Shown here: positions 10,543-22,919 of the stretch, one piece after another
Numbering within the stretch: position 1 is the first letter of the stretch
Layout of the letters: every line of letters starts with the position of its first letter
Notes under the pieces: model-generated
Databases searched by the model: none
What the model saw: the letters and a program-made list of their open reading frames with translations, nothing else
Told to the model about the DNA's origin: nothing
NCBI GenBank assembly: GCA_964019425.1
Contig: OZ025781.1
Location: 248,001 to 312,000 of the forward strand
Direction of reading: 5' to 3'
Source of the DNA: Flectonema sp. DT1601
Taxonomy: Eukaryota
Length of the DNA: 64,000 bases
Position numbers and translations under genes: made by a program

Positions 10543-13163
10543 TTTATTTAGAAAACTGATGATGAGAAGTTGTGGATTCATCGTATTGACTGGATGGGTA
10601 ACTATTTGTGGTATCGACTTAGTACGAATATCTGTGTTGATGTCCTGGAAAAGAAAAGTATCAATCAATTTAGTGACTAACATTAAAAAACCAACACAGC
10701 CCAGCAGGTAGCTGTCGGGATAACGGAGTTAGTTGTTCAACGCCTGGGCTCCCTGTTGAGGGAAGATTCCAGCAATGTTTTATTTTATTTTTTCAAATAT
10801 TATTGACATCAGGGACAACATTAATTCTTCTTGCCTTGTCAGTTTCAGAGAAGACGACGACAAGACACCCAACAGAATTATCATAATACGAAATGTCCCA
10901 AATGAATAAATATGAACTAATGAAATAAAAAAAAGACATAACGACCTCCTATGCGGAGAAGATCACAAATTATAACCTTCTTCAGATATTTGAAGAAGAA
11001 AAAGGACCTTTATTTCCTCATTTTTTCTTCTTTTTTATTTTTCATTTTTCCTAAGCTACTTAATACGACGAGCAGTTGTAGAAGCTTTGTTTTCTTCGAA
11101 TCTTTTTTCTTTATTCTTGATTCAAATACTCGTCGTTGTGCGATGGGCAATGAGCTGAACGTGTTCAATCCCAGGCGATGGTTCAAAAGGTATTCACGGC
11201 AATTCAGTACTGGTTCCCTGCTTGTGATGTCATTCTCAGACATCTATTTCTTTTCTGTTGACAGTTCCCTTAAGAGAGGAGCAAAAGAAAGAAAGCAAAA
11301 AAGGTTTCAGAAAAACACGAAAATGAAAACAACAACTGTTGTACGGTTCCCAAAGTTGCCGATAGCAGCAGCTTTTCATGTCTTTTTTCCCCTCCTCTGC
11401 CCTCAATTCTTTTTGATGGTGTTCCACCAACTGCTGACTACTACGCTGGCAAGTACCGAACTAATAAAATTATAGCAATAAAGGACAGACAGAGAGTAAC
11501 CTCCAATCTAACCGTTGTTCTATACGCAAGTTAATGGTCTAGAATAGTAGAGAAACCAAATGAGAGTTTTAAGGAATGAATTCGTGGAAGAGATGTCACC
11601 AAGGATGTGGAAACGTTTGTCGAGTTACGTTTCCCTCCTAAATGCTCTGTTAAGAGTCTCCGCAGCTGGAAGTTTTCTCTTGTTTTTTTTCTACCAAAAA
11701 AAGAGGGTCGAAGCGATTCCAAAAAAAAAAAAAAAAGAGAGAAAGAGAAAGATTTTCTCGTTTTTTAAGAATGCCCATAGTTTAATGAGTGACTATGCCA
11801 CACGGCTTGCTGGTAGAAGCTTTCAGCCGGTGACTTAACCAGGGGATCAAAAACTATGTACATAAAACAGCTCGTTAATTGCACCACAGCAGTGTTAAAA
11901 AATATTTTCAGAAGAAACATAAAAAATAAAGAAATTATTTGCAAACACAATATTGTTAAGAAAGAAAGCATTCGAAGTACTCTCTAGGCAGTCGACACTT
12001 ATTTTTTATTTCATTTTTTTTTTTTATATTTTTTTTTTTTTTTCGGATACAAATTGCATCGAATATATAAAATAAGCCAGCTTAGCGATGTTATTTGATT
12101 ATAGTGTATTCCCCCTTTCGGGGGACTCGGATAAATAAATCACGGTTCCATACAAAATCGAACGCTTCAAATAAACTACCAGAGAAATAAATGCTGCGCA
12201 GGAGGAGGGTTTTTTTTTTTTTTTTTTTTTCCATCATATAAGAATTGGAATTGTTTCGACAAAATAGGTAAAGTTCACAATTATATTTTTAAAAAAAAAG
12301 GGAAAAAAAAAAACTTCCACAAAATCCGAAAAAAAAAAACAATAGTTTCCAACTTTTGTATAAACGTTGAGGGGGAAACTATTGCGTTCGATCAGAGAAG
12401 CTTTCCCTATTTTTAATTAATAATTAGCCGGAGCACGTGGAACCCGGGACAGTGGTATTGAACGAACAAGTCCTGATAGGTGATATGGTAGATCAATTTA
12501 AAAAAAAAAATATCCTCCGATAGTTGTAATCAGTAACACAGAATTATTATTATTATTATTTTATTTTTTCCCCCCCCACCTTCGGAAAAAAAAACACTTC
12601 GAAGAACCTTCTTAGCAAAGGCTAGCAAATTTAGAAAAAAAGAAATCGAACAACTTTTACATTTTTTCCTTTTTTTTTTTTTGTCATTTCATGTTTGCGC
12701 AACCGACACAAAATCATAATAAATGAATAAGTTAAGTCACGCTGCCCGCGATTCTATCTATACCAAAACAAATATATGTAGATATCAATCACGGCACAAA
12801 AACGCAGAACACTACATACACTTTAAAAGCGCACAAAAGCTTTTGGTACGTGTCTATACAAATATAAAAAGAGGAGGAAAGTCGGAATAGAACGGGGAGA
12901 AGGAGGGGGTGAACCATTGACAATGTAAAACCATATTCGGGGAGGAGGGGGGCGGGAAGTAAGATATAAACTAATTACCAGATTACTTGACGAAGGTTAA
13001 TAATGTACCAACCCCTACTATGAATTTTCTTTTAATTTTTTAAATATACAAAAAGGCGCAACATAAGTGAATCTGGAGGGAGGGAGGTGTGGCTTATTAT
13101 ATTTTTTTTAATTTTTTTTTTCCCGTTTTCCTGCTGCGGTACTAACGCAACATGCCCATCCAG

Positions 13164-13199
<36 letters not shown>

Positions 13200-14167
13200 T
13201 CCACTAGAAATAAAATTATTTCCGGACAGATGATGAGGTGATGTATTGTTTTTGAAGCATTAAAAAAATAAAAAATTGAAATTCAACTGACTTTCCTGCA
13301 CCACAAAAGGTTGCCTAACAAGTCAAAACCTACCATACGAGCGAAGACACGCAAGAAACGCTGATACCTGTTCGAAGATATCAGGGGAGGGGTGACTCTG
13401 ATGGCAACATTGATGGGAAATAAAAGTCGAATCACTAACTCAAAGCACGCATATGAATTGAACGAAACATGCAGATCGAAAACCCGCAGATTTGGATTAT
13501 CTTTTAAACTATTTTGTCATCCCAGTACTTTTCACATAATCAAGTTTTGGTCTTATTTCGTCAAGTCGTGATTACGTGAAATGCGGGGAAATCTGAATTT
13601 TTTTTTTTTATTTTTTTTTTCATTTTCCACATCACAACCGATAATTACCATAATTTAAGAAGCAAAAAGTAGAAGTCAAAAACATCATGTCATTGTAGCA
13701 GTTTATTTTTTAGTTTTTTTTTTTTTTTTTTTCACCCTTCAAAAGAAGAGACTACTTTAAATAAAAAAAAACTCTAAAAGTCATCATCGATAAAGACTCT
13801 TTTAGAATAAATTACTCTTCTTTTCTTTTTCTTCTTTCTGATAACTGGGACGGCATTACAGAACTGATTATTATTTCTGAGAACAAAGGAACGAACGACT
13901 AAAATACACACAAATCCATGACAAGTGTATATTATTAATAACTCATAAATGCAGTACAACATAACTTTTGTGATTATCTTAAAAAAAAATTTGCTCTTTT
14001 TTTTTATTTTTTTTATTTTTTTTAAACAAAACTCAATCTCAACTAACAATAAAAAGATATATCAAAAGCATGTGAGCACAATACATACAAACTATTGTAT
14101 TATACGAGCTTCACAGTGTTCCCAGAACATGAAAAAAACGGGGGAAATTTGATACGATACGAAAAGA

Positions 14168-16657
14168 TTAAACACCGTTACCACCCACAGGAGGACGTGT
14201 ACCAAGTTCTTCTTCTTTTTGTTCGACCGTTACTGGCTTCTTTTTACAACACATACAAATTACAATAATACCAATTATTACGAATACGGTCGGAATGATA
14301 GAAATCAGAAGTGCATTGCGAAGCTTCACATCGCTGTCATCACTGCTGGAGGTACCGTTCACAGGGATCGCAGTAGGTGCAACTGGAGCAACAGTTGAGA
14401 GCACAACAGCACCAGGTACCCTGTAAGTTCCAGCCTCAAATTCCGCCCAATTGGTTGAAGTAGTCGAACTGAGTGCAGCAGTTTGCTGAAACATCTGCAA
14501 CTCTGTTGCAGCTGAGTATGGAGGCCAGAAAGGCAACACATGATCAGCATAAACAGGAAGAAATTCATCCGAAATAGAAGTGCTCGTATCAGAGTAAAAA
14601 GCAGCTAAACTGAATGTCAGCGCGGCGTTAGTTCTCGTGATTGGAGTCAGTGGGTTGTTTACGTTGTTCATAGCGGCGGTGGCCACCCAAGTTTTCCACT
14701 CGAAAAATGGTCCATTTGTAGCAGAACTTACTCTGTGCCTTTCTCCAGAAACACCACCAGCAGTGACAACTGTTGCGGCGCTGGATTTTCTAAGGAGCTT
14801 CACAGTTTGTGAACACGCACTTCCACATGCTCCGAGTGATAAAACTTTGATGGTTGCGAATCCCTTCGTAGGTTTGGTGATTTGCTCATTCGCTGCAAAG
14901 GTACACTGAGAGAACGTAGCAGAGTCTTTCAATGCAAATAGTGACTCGTAAAGAGAAACAATCTTAGGAACCGCAAACACTTCAGGTGATCCAGCAGCCC
15001 TGCTCTTCTTCGGAGCGTTGTTAAACAGATCATTTAATTTAGTTTGTGCCTGCTGCGGGTTTGTACTGGCCAAAGGTTCGTTGTATAAGTTTTCTCCACT
15101 TGAAGCAAGCAAAGCGTTGTAGTTTTCATTACCAACCGCAACAGATTGTATTAAACGGCTGTATCCCTTAGTGAAGTCAGTGAGGTGGAATTCCAAAGCA
15201 CCCTTAGTAGTAGCAGCACTTGCAGGTGAAATCCAGAATTCATTTTTCGTTTTGGAGGTTGCTCTGAGTCCTGTTGGGTAATGGAGTTTCGGGGTCAAGT
15301 ACTCAACCGTCGTAGCGGACAAGATAAGAAATCCTCCACCGTTACCACGGACGTCCAGGATCAATTCTGTGATTCTCGGGGAAAACGCAATCGCATAATC
15401 ATTGCAAGCCTCAATAACTTTTAAAAACCCGAAGAGGACTTTGATTTCATCACAACCCTGTAAGTTGGCAGTGCTAGGGGAAAACGTTCCGATGTACAAG
15501 TACATTACTGGCTTTGCGTTGGTTTCGAATGAGCTGCACACAATATTCGGTTCATTGGTATTTTGTGGATATTGAGCAACTACCCTTCCCTGATTCCAGA
15601 GATCTGAAGGAGCAAGCTGCTGAACTGATCTTTTGGACACGTGTTCCTGTTCCTTCTTTGCAGATGCAGCCTTGTCAGCCTTGTCAGCGTTGTGAAGATC
15701 TCTCGCAATGTCTGAAAGTGGATTAGGAGGAAGGTTAGGTCCGGAGTTCACTTCAGGACTTTTATGAATACCTGCCCTCTGATCAGCGATAGGAGGAATT
15801 GGTTTGTATGCCTCTCTGTTCTGCCTGATGTGAGTAATGTCGTTAGGGGTCACTGGTGCTTCCTGTACCTGAGCACCTCTCGCAGTCGCTGCTGGACGGT
15901 TACCAGCAACTATGACAGCGGTTGTTAACTGTGGTTCTGATCTTCCAGAGTAGATTGGAAGGGTGTGAGACGTACCAGCAACAGTTATTTGCATTGTGGT
16001 GGCCTGGTATCCAGATATGGTCGAAGATATACCTGCAGCGTCGGAGTTCTTTAGATATTCATTAAGGTCTGCACCACTAGACTTCGAAGAACCATTGTCA
16101 TCAAGCAACTTTGATAAAGAGGCCACTGCTGGCTGTCCGTTGATTGCAGTTACGACGTTGCCAACCTGAACACTGCTCCACGTCTGTCCCTGAGAATAGG
16201 CACTGAAAAGGACATGGCGTTCCCTGATGAAAATAACTTGCTGTCCATTATCCATTCTTGATCCGAATACAAAAGGAATATGTAAAGTAGAATGGTATCC
16301 CGATGGCATACTGTAAGAAGTATGCCCATCGTGTAACTTTACGAAGAGTTGAGACATTGAAGTCTGAAATTGGAAATCACTATTCCACTGTTGAGTAGAG
16401 AACTGTTGAAGAGAACCCTTCAAGTTAACCTTTCCAATCACAGATGGGTCTGTTGATAGAGCGATGTCAGTTCCTTGATAAAACTCAACCATCTCAAGCG
16501 CTGCTTTTGTCGCTTCCGTCACAGTTGCTTGATCCACCGGAACAGTGTTGTAACAGTCAAAGATTTCAGTAGCTCTGTAGTAGTAAAAATCTCCTACCAG
16601 CTGCCCCTGCAAATTACATTGCGACACCGCCAGCAGGTTTATCATTGAGAGTAACAT
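14168..16657 (-). CDS. S41-family peptidase paralog 4
   Basis: Same motifs; intact ORF with a different upstream flank and C-terminal tail. Confidence 0.88.
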   Translation of the reverse strand: MLLSMINLLAVSQCNLQGQLVGDFYYYRATEIFDCYNTVPVDQATVTEATKAALEMVEFYQGTDIALSTDPSVIGKVNLKGSLQQFSTQQWNSDFQFQTSMSQLFVKLHDGHTSYSMPSGYHSTLHIPFVFGSRMDNGQQVIFIRERHVLFSAYSQGQTWSSVQVGNVVTAINGQPAVASLSKLLDDNGSSKSSGADLNEYLKNSDAAGISSTISGYQATTMQITVAGTSHTLPIYSGRSEPQLTTAVIVAGNRPAATARGAQVQEAPVTPNDITHIRQNREAYKPIPPIADQRAGIHKSPEVNSGPNLPPNPLSDIARDLHNADKADKAASAKKEQEHVSKRSVQQLAPSDLWNQGRVVAQYPQNTNEPNIVCSSFETNAKPVMYLYIGTFSPSTANLQGCDEIKVLFGFLKVIEACNDYAIAFSPRITELILDVRGNGGGFLILSATTVEYLTPKLHYPTGLRATSKTKNEFWISPASAATTKGALEFHLTDFTKGYSRLIQSVAVGNENYNALLASSGENLYNEPLASTNPQQAQTKLNDLFNNAPKKSRAAGSPEVFAVPKIVSLYESLFALKDSATFSQCTFAANEQITKPTKGFATIKVLSLGACGSACSQTVKLLRKSSAATVVTAGGVSGERHRVSSATNGPFFEWKTWVATAAMNNVNNPLTPITRTNAALTFSLAAFYSDTSTSISDEFLPVYADHVLPFWPPYSAATELQMFQQTAALSSTTSTNWAEFEAGTYRVPGAVVLSTVAPVAPTAIPVNGTSSSDDSDVKLRNALLISIIPTVFVIIGIIVICMCCKKKPVTVEQKEEELGTRPPVGGNGV

Positions 16658-16964
16658 TTTATTTGAAGAACTGTTTAATAAAATACAGTAACAGTTCACA
16701 ACATTCACAGATGTGTATTAATTACTTCAGACATCCATCCAAATCGTACGAATATCTGTGTTGATGTCCTGGAAAAGAAAAGTATCAATCAATTTAGTGA
16801 CTAACATTAAAAAACCAACACAGCCCAGCAGGTAGCTGTCGGGATAACAGAGTTAGTTGTTCAACGCCTGGGCTCCCTGTTGAGGGAAGTCATCCGGCAA
16901 TCGAGTTGTTTACTTGCATCCCATTGTTATCGAAACAAACGAAATTGACCTTTACGGTGTGAAA

Positions 16965-17220
16965 TCGCTGAGTTAGTAGTTAGTAAGTAAGTAACCGAAT
17001 CCAGAACTGATGACTGAGGTCTGAGTAACCACACACCAGTAGAGGACTCTATCACAGAGATCGTGTTTTCATAGTTTCGGCTGGAAGGATCACTTCCCAG
17101 CTGTCTACTTTGCCCAGAAAATAACGGGTTTGACAAAAACACGAATAAGACATAAATAAAAAAGAATACGACGCAGTCAGTTTTAAGTCTTGACTGCTAC
17201 GAACTTCTCGAGTAACTTTC
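16965..17220 (-). mobile_element. Diverged solo copy of the short structured element
   Basis: Absent from the paralogous spacer at 2430-2470. Shares CAGAACTGATGACT, TTTCATAGT..GGCTGGAAG..ACTTCC.AGC, TTGCCCAGA and CAGTCAGTTT..ACTGC blocks with 29340-29820. Confidence 0.65.
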
Positions 17221-18132
17221 ATAAGAAAAAACAAAAAATGAGGAGGGAAGATTACAGCAATGTTTTATTTTAATTTTTCAAATATTATTGACATCAGGGA
17301 CAACATTAGTTCTTCTTGCCTTGTCAGTTTCAGAGAAGACGACGACAAGACACCCAACAGAATTATCATAATACGAAATGTCCCAAATGAATAAATAAGA
17401 ACTAATGAAATAAAAAAGACATAACGACCTCCTCGGAAAATATCGGGGGAAAAGGAAATAATAATACTGTTCATTTTCTTCAGAGGATTCTAAAAAAGGA
17501 TTTTTTTTTTTTTTTTTTTCTCCATCAGAAAACAATAATTGTACACAAAGCTGCTAATGTGCTTCACTAACTACCGACTACTATGCTGGCAAATGCCAAG
17601 CTAATAAAATTATAGCAATGAAGGAAAGACAGAGAGTATGCTCCCATCTAACCGTTGCTCTATACGCAAGTTAATGGTCTAAAAAAAAAAAAAAAAAAAA
17701 AACAAGATTTTCTCGTTTTTTTTAAAAATTATATCATTCAAATGATATGCAACAAAAAGGGAAAGCTAGCAGGGTACTATGGCTGGTTAATTGTGCGACA
17801 GCTGCACTGAACAGTTGAAGCACAGTACTGCAGCCCGTCAGATAACATAGATGAATGAAAATATTAATTTTGTCGAATTAAAAAAATAAAAAAGGAAGAC
17901 GCACAATATCCATACAACAGTTGCCTAACAAGTCAAAACCTACCATACGAGTGAAGACACGCAAGAAACGCTGATACCTGTTCGAAGATATCAGGGGAGG
18001 GGTGACTTGCTTAGTTTTCCATTTTAAGAATCAAAAAAGAACAGAAAAAGCAGATGACATTACAGCAACTTATAATATATTACATACGCTTTAAATCCTC
18101 CCTCCCGAGGGAAACATGAAGGTAATTTTTTA

Positions 18133-20685
18133 CTATACTCTTCCCTGATGCGGTGTTGACGCAGTGTCCCTGTCAGAAAAGAAAGTAGCGCGGGGACGTT
18201 CCCCAAGTTCTTCGTCTTTTTGCTCCCGAGATGCTGCTTTCTTAAAAAACAACATGTAAATAATTACTATAACAACCACTACTAACACGGTAGAATTGAT
18301 CAAAATCAGAATTGTATTGCGTTTCACATCACTGTCATCTGCTGGTGCAGTAGTTGGAGCGTTACTTGTCACCGGAACTGCAGGAACATTACTCGTCGCT
18401 GGGGCCCTAGTGGCTGCTTTAGGTGAAACCACAATAGTACCTGGCACCTTGTAAGTTCCAGCCTCAAATTCCACCCAATTAGTTGAAGCAGTCGAACTGA
18501 GTGCAGCAGTTTGCTGAAGCATCTGCAACTCTGTTGCAGCTGAGAATGGAGGCCAGAAAGGCAACACATGATCAGCATAAACAGGAAGAAATTCATCCGA
18601 AAGAGACGTGCTCGGATCAGTATAGAAAGCTGATAAACTGAATGTCAGCGCAGCGCTAGTTCTCGTGATTGGAGTCAGTTGTTTGCTTCCGTTGATGTTG
18701 GCGGCGGTAGCAACCCAAGATTTCCATTCGTAAAACGGTCCATTTGTAGTAGAACTTATTCTGTGCTTTACTCCAGAAACACCACCAGCAGAGACAACTG
18801 TTACGGCGCTGGATTTTCTAAGGAGCTTCACAGTTTGGGAACACGAACTGTAACACCCTCCGAGTGATAAAAGTTTGATGGTTGCGAATCCCTTCGTAGG
18901 TTTGGTAATTTGCTCACTCGCTGCAAAGTTACACTGAGAGAACATTGGAACGTCCTTTAATGCAAACAGTGATTGTACGAGAGAACCAATCTTAGGAACC
19001 ACAAACACTTCAGGTGATCCAGCAGCCCTGCTCTTCTTCGGAGCGTTGTTAAAGAGATCATTTAATTTAGCTTTCGCCTGCTGCATGTTTGTACTGGCCA
19101 AAGGTTCGTTGTATAAGTTTTCTCCACTTGAAGCAAGCAAAGCGTTGTAGTTTTCACCGCCAATCACAGCAGATTGTATCAAACTGACGTATCCCTTAGT
19201 GAAGTCAGTGAGGTGGTATTCAAAAGCCCCCTTAGCAGCAGCAGCACTTGCAGGTGAGATACGGAAATCGCTACTCGTCCTCGATGCGTTCCTCAGTCCT
19301 GCAGGGTATTGGAGCTTCGGAGTGAAGTACTCAATCGCCGTAGAGTACAAGATAAGAAATCCACCACCGTTACCACGGACGTCCAGGATCAATTCTGTGA
19401 TTCTCGGGGAAAACGCAATCGCATAATCACTGCAAGCCTCAATAACTTTTATATATCTGAGTACGACATTACCAAAATCACAACCCTGTGCGTTGGTAGT
19501 GTTAGGATTAAAATCTCCTATGTGTAAGTACATAACTGGCTTTGCGTTGGTTTCGAATGAGCTGCATACAATATTCGGTTCATTGGTATTTTGTGGATAT
19601 TGAGCAACTATCTTACCCTGATTCCAGAGATCTGAAGGAGCAAGCTGCTGAACTGATCTTTTGGACACCCGTTCCTGTTCCTTCTTTGCAGATGCAGCCT
19701 TGTCAGCCTTGTCAGCGTTGTGAAGATCTCTCGCAATGTCTGAAAGTGGATTAGGAGGAAGGTTAGGTCCGGAGTTCACTTCAGGACTTTTATGAATACC
19801 TGCCCTCTGATCAGCGATAGGAGGAATTGGTTTATATGCCTCTCTGTTCTGCCTGATGTGAGTAATGTCGTTAGGGGTCACTGGTGCTTCCTGTACCTGA
19901 GCACCTCTCGCAGTCGCTGCTGGACGGTTACCAGCAACTATGACAGCGGTTGTTAACTGTTGTTCTGATCTTCCAGCGTAGATTGGAAGGGTGTGAGACG
20001 TACCAGCAACAGTTATTTGCATTGTGGTGGCCTGGTATCCAGATGCGGTTGAAGATATACCTGCGAACTGTGTGTTCCTCAGGTATTCATTAAGGTCTGC
20101 ACCATTAGACTTCGAAGAACCATTGTCACCAATCAACTTTGCTAAAGAGGCCACTGCTGGCTGTCCGTTGATTGCAGTTACGACGTTGCCAACCTGAATA
20201 CTGCTCCACGTCTGTCCCTGAGAATAGGCACTGAAAAGGACATGGCGTTCCCTGATGAAAATAACCTGCTGTCCATTATCCATTCTTGATCCGAATACAA
20301 AAGGAATAGATAACTCAGCAAAGTATCCCGATGGCAGAGTGTAAGCAGTATGCCCATCGTGTAACGCTACGAAGAGCCGAGCCATTGAAGTCTGAAATTG
20401 GAAATCACTATTCCACTGTTGAGTAGAGAACTGTTGAAGAGAACCCTTCAAGTTAACCTTTCCAATCACAGATGGGTCTGTTGATAGAGCGATGTCAGTT
20501 CCATGGTAAAACTCAACCATCTCAAGCGCTGCTTTTGTCGCTTCCGTCACAGTTGCTTGATCCACCGGAACAGTGTTGTAACAGTCAAAGATTTCAGTAG
20601 CGTTATAGAAGTAATAACCATCTATCAGCCGCCCCTGCAAATTACATTGCGACACCGCCAGCAGGTTTATCATTGAGAGTAACAT
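18133..20685 (-). CDS. S41-family peptidase paralog 5 (most divergent)
   Basis: Same motifs, but GGCYSSCS around the putative catalytic Ser. Lacks the juxtamembrane Cys cluster and has a longer tail. Confidence 0.88.
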   Translation of the reverse strand: MLLSMINLLAVSQCNLQGRLIDGYYFYNATEIFDCYNTVPVDQATVTEATKAALEMVEFYHGTDIALSTDPSVIGKVNLKGSLQQFSTQQWNSDFQFQTSMARLFVALHDGHTAYTLPSGYFAELSIPFVFGSRMDNGQQVIFIRERHVLFSAYSQGQTWSSIQVGNVVTAINGQPAVASLAKLIGDNGSSKSNGADLNEYLRNTQFAGISSTASGYQATTMQITVAGTSHTLPIYAGRSEQQLTTAVIVAGNRPAATARGAQVQEAPVTPNDITHIRQNREAYKPIPPIADQRAGIHKSPEVNSGPNLPPNPLSDIARDLHNADKADKAASAKKEQERVSKRSVQQLAPSDLWNQGKIVAQYPQNTNEPNIVCSSFETNAKPVMYLHIGDFNPNTTNAQGCDFGNVVLRYIKVIEACSDYAIAFSPRITELILDVRGNGGGFLILYSTAIEYFTPKLQYPAGLRNASRTSSDFRISPASAAAAKGAFEYHLTDFTKGYVSLIQSAVIGGENYNALLASSGENLYNEPLASTNMQQAKAKLNDLFNNAPKKSRAAGSPEVFVVPKIGSLVQSLFALKDVPMFSQCNFAASEQITKPTKGFATIKLLSLGGCYSSCSQTVKLLRKSSAVTVVSAGGVSGVKHRISSTTNGPFYEWKSWVATAANINGSKQLTPITRTSAALTFSLSAFYTDPSTSLSDEFLPVYADHVLPFWPPFSAATELQMLQQTAALSSTASTNWVEFEAGTYKVPGTIVVSPKAATRAPATSNVPAVPVTSNAPTTAPADDSDVKRNTILILINSTVLVVVVIVIIYMLFFKKAASREQKDEELGERPRATFFSDRDTASTPHQGRV

Positions 20686-21667
20686 TTTATTTAGAAAACT
20701 GATGATGAGAAGTTGTGGATTCATCGTATTGACTGGATGGGTAACTATTTGTGGTATCGACTTAGTACGAATATCTGTGTTGATGTCCTGGAAAAGAAAA
20801 GTATCAATCAATTTAGTGACTAACATTAAAAAACCAACACAGCCCAGCAGGTAGCTGTCGGGATAACGGAGTTAGTTGTTCAACGCCTGGGCTCCCTGTT
20901 GAGGGAGGAAAGACAAGAAGAGGATTACAGTAATGTTCTGGAGGCCAGTTGAGCTCAACTTGCCTATGTTACCGTAACAGCTTTTTATAAAACTCATGAG
21001 TACTTAATTAATACATTATATTGTCTTGAAAATTAACCATAGAAAAAGACGAACACCAGGAAGGGGGGCGGCTCTTTGTCAATAGCCTCATATACTGGTA
21101 TTTGATGATACGAAAACTGTATTAAAAGTAGTTCAAGATGGCGAAACACGTTGTGAGAGGGAAAAAAAATAAATAAATAAAAAAAACATAACAGCTTGTC
21201 ACCAAAATAAATAATTTCAAGTAATGTATAGAAGTGGTTCCAGAACAGATGAATGAAAATATTAATTTTGACGATTTAAGAAATAAAAAAGGAAAATCAA
21301 CAACTGACTTTCCTGCACCACAAAAGAACACAATATCCACACAACAGTTGCCTACCATACGCACTGATACCTGTTCGAAGATATCAGGTGAGGGGTGACT
21401 CTGATGGCAACATTGATGGGAAACAAAAAGGTCGAATCACGGGTCAATCATATTTCCTACCATACAAAAAAGTGTGGATGCAAAAAAAAAAAATTCCAAT
21501 TTCCTGATAACTGGGACAAAAATCACTAACATAAAAGTCTCTCACCGCAGAGTAAGGGACTACTAAAGAACACAAATCTATCACAAGTGTATATTATTAA
21601 TAACTCCCGTAATGGAGTACAACATATCTTCGTGTTCATCTCACTATTTTTTTCTTTCTTTCAAAAA

Positions 21668-22651
21668 ATGATAATCATAATGATAATCATAATGATAATC
21701 ATAATGATAATCATAATGATAATCATAATGATAATCATAATGATAATCATAATGATAATCATAATGATAATCATAATGATAATCATAATGATAATCATAA
21801 TGATAATCATAATGATAATCATAATGATAATCATAATGATAATCATAATGATAATCATAATGATAATCATAATGATAATCATAATGATAATCATAATGAT
21901 AATTATAATGATAATCATAATGATAATCATAATGATAATCATAATGATAATCATAATGATAATCATAATGATAATTATAATGATAATCATAATGATAATC
22001 ATAATGATAATCATAATGATAATTATAATGATAATCATAATGATAATCATAATGATAATCATAATGATAATCATAATGATAAACATAATGATAATCATAA
22101 TGATAATCATAATGATAATCATAATGATAATCATAATGATAATCATAATGATAATCATAATGATAATCATAATGATAATCATAATGATAATCATAATGAT
22201 AAACATAATGATAATCATAATGATAATCATAATGATAATCATAATGATAATCATAATGATAAACATAATGATAATCATAATGATAATCATAATGATAATC
22301 ATAATGATAATCATAATGATAATCATAATGATAATCATAATGATAATCATAATGATAATCATAATGATAATCATAATGATAATCATAATGATAATCATAA
22401 TGATAATCATAATGATAATCATAATGATAATCATAATGATAATCATAATGATAATCATAATGATAATCATAATGATAAACATAATGATAAACATAATGAT
22501 AATCATAATGATAATCATAATGATAATCATAATGATAAACATAATGATAATCATAATGATAATCATAATGATAATCATAATGATAAACATAATGATAATC
22601 ATAATGATAATCATAATGATAATCATAATGATAATCATAATGATAATTATA
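21668..22651. repeat. 12-bp tandem satellite (ATGATAATCATA)n, about 82 units
   Basis: Directly visible, with occasional AATTAT and AAACAT variant units. Confidence 0.99.
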
Positions 22652-22919
22652 ATAACTAATACAATACACCCTATCATTTCTATTCGTTTTTATGAATAGA
22701 AAAACGTAAAAAAGAAAATCAAAGATGATTACACTCGTACATAACTAAAATAATGATAATAAGCAACGTTGTTATATCTGATAATTTGGGGGCTACGTAC
22801 TAAAGATTGAGCTCCCATAAAAAGTGAAGAGAGGGTGAAATCGCACATTGTAGTTTTTACACACAACTACAACTGTAATAGAGAATAAAAATAAAATACG
22901 AAAATGAAACACAAAAAGA

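Noticed and set aside
21587..22699. Three long ORFs (MIII, YHYD repeats) and a possible CRISPR-like array
   Set aside because: These are stop-free frames of the 12-bp satellite. There are no spacers, and the paralogous locus has only two units.
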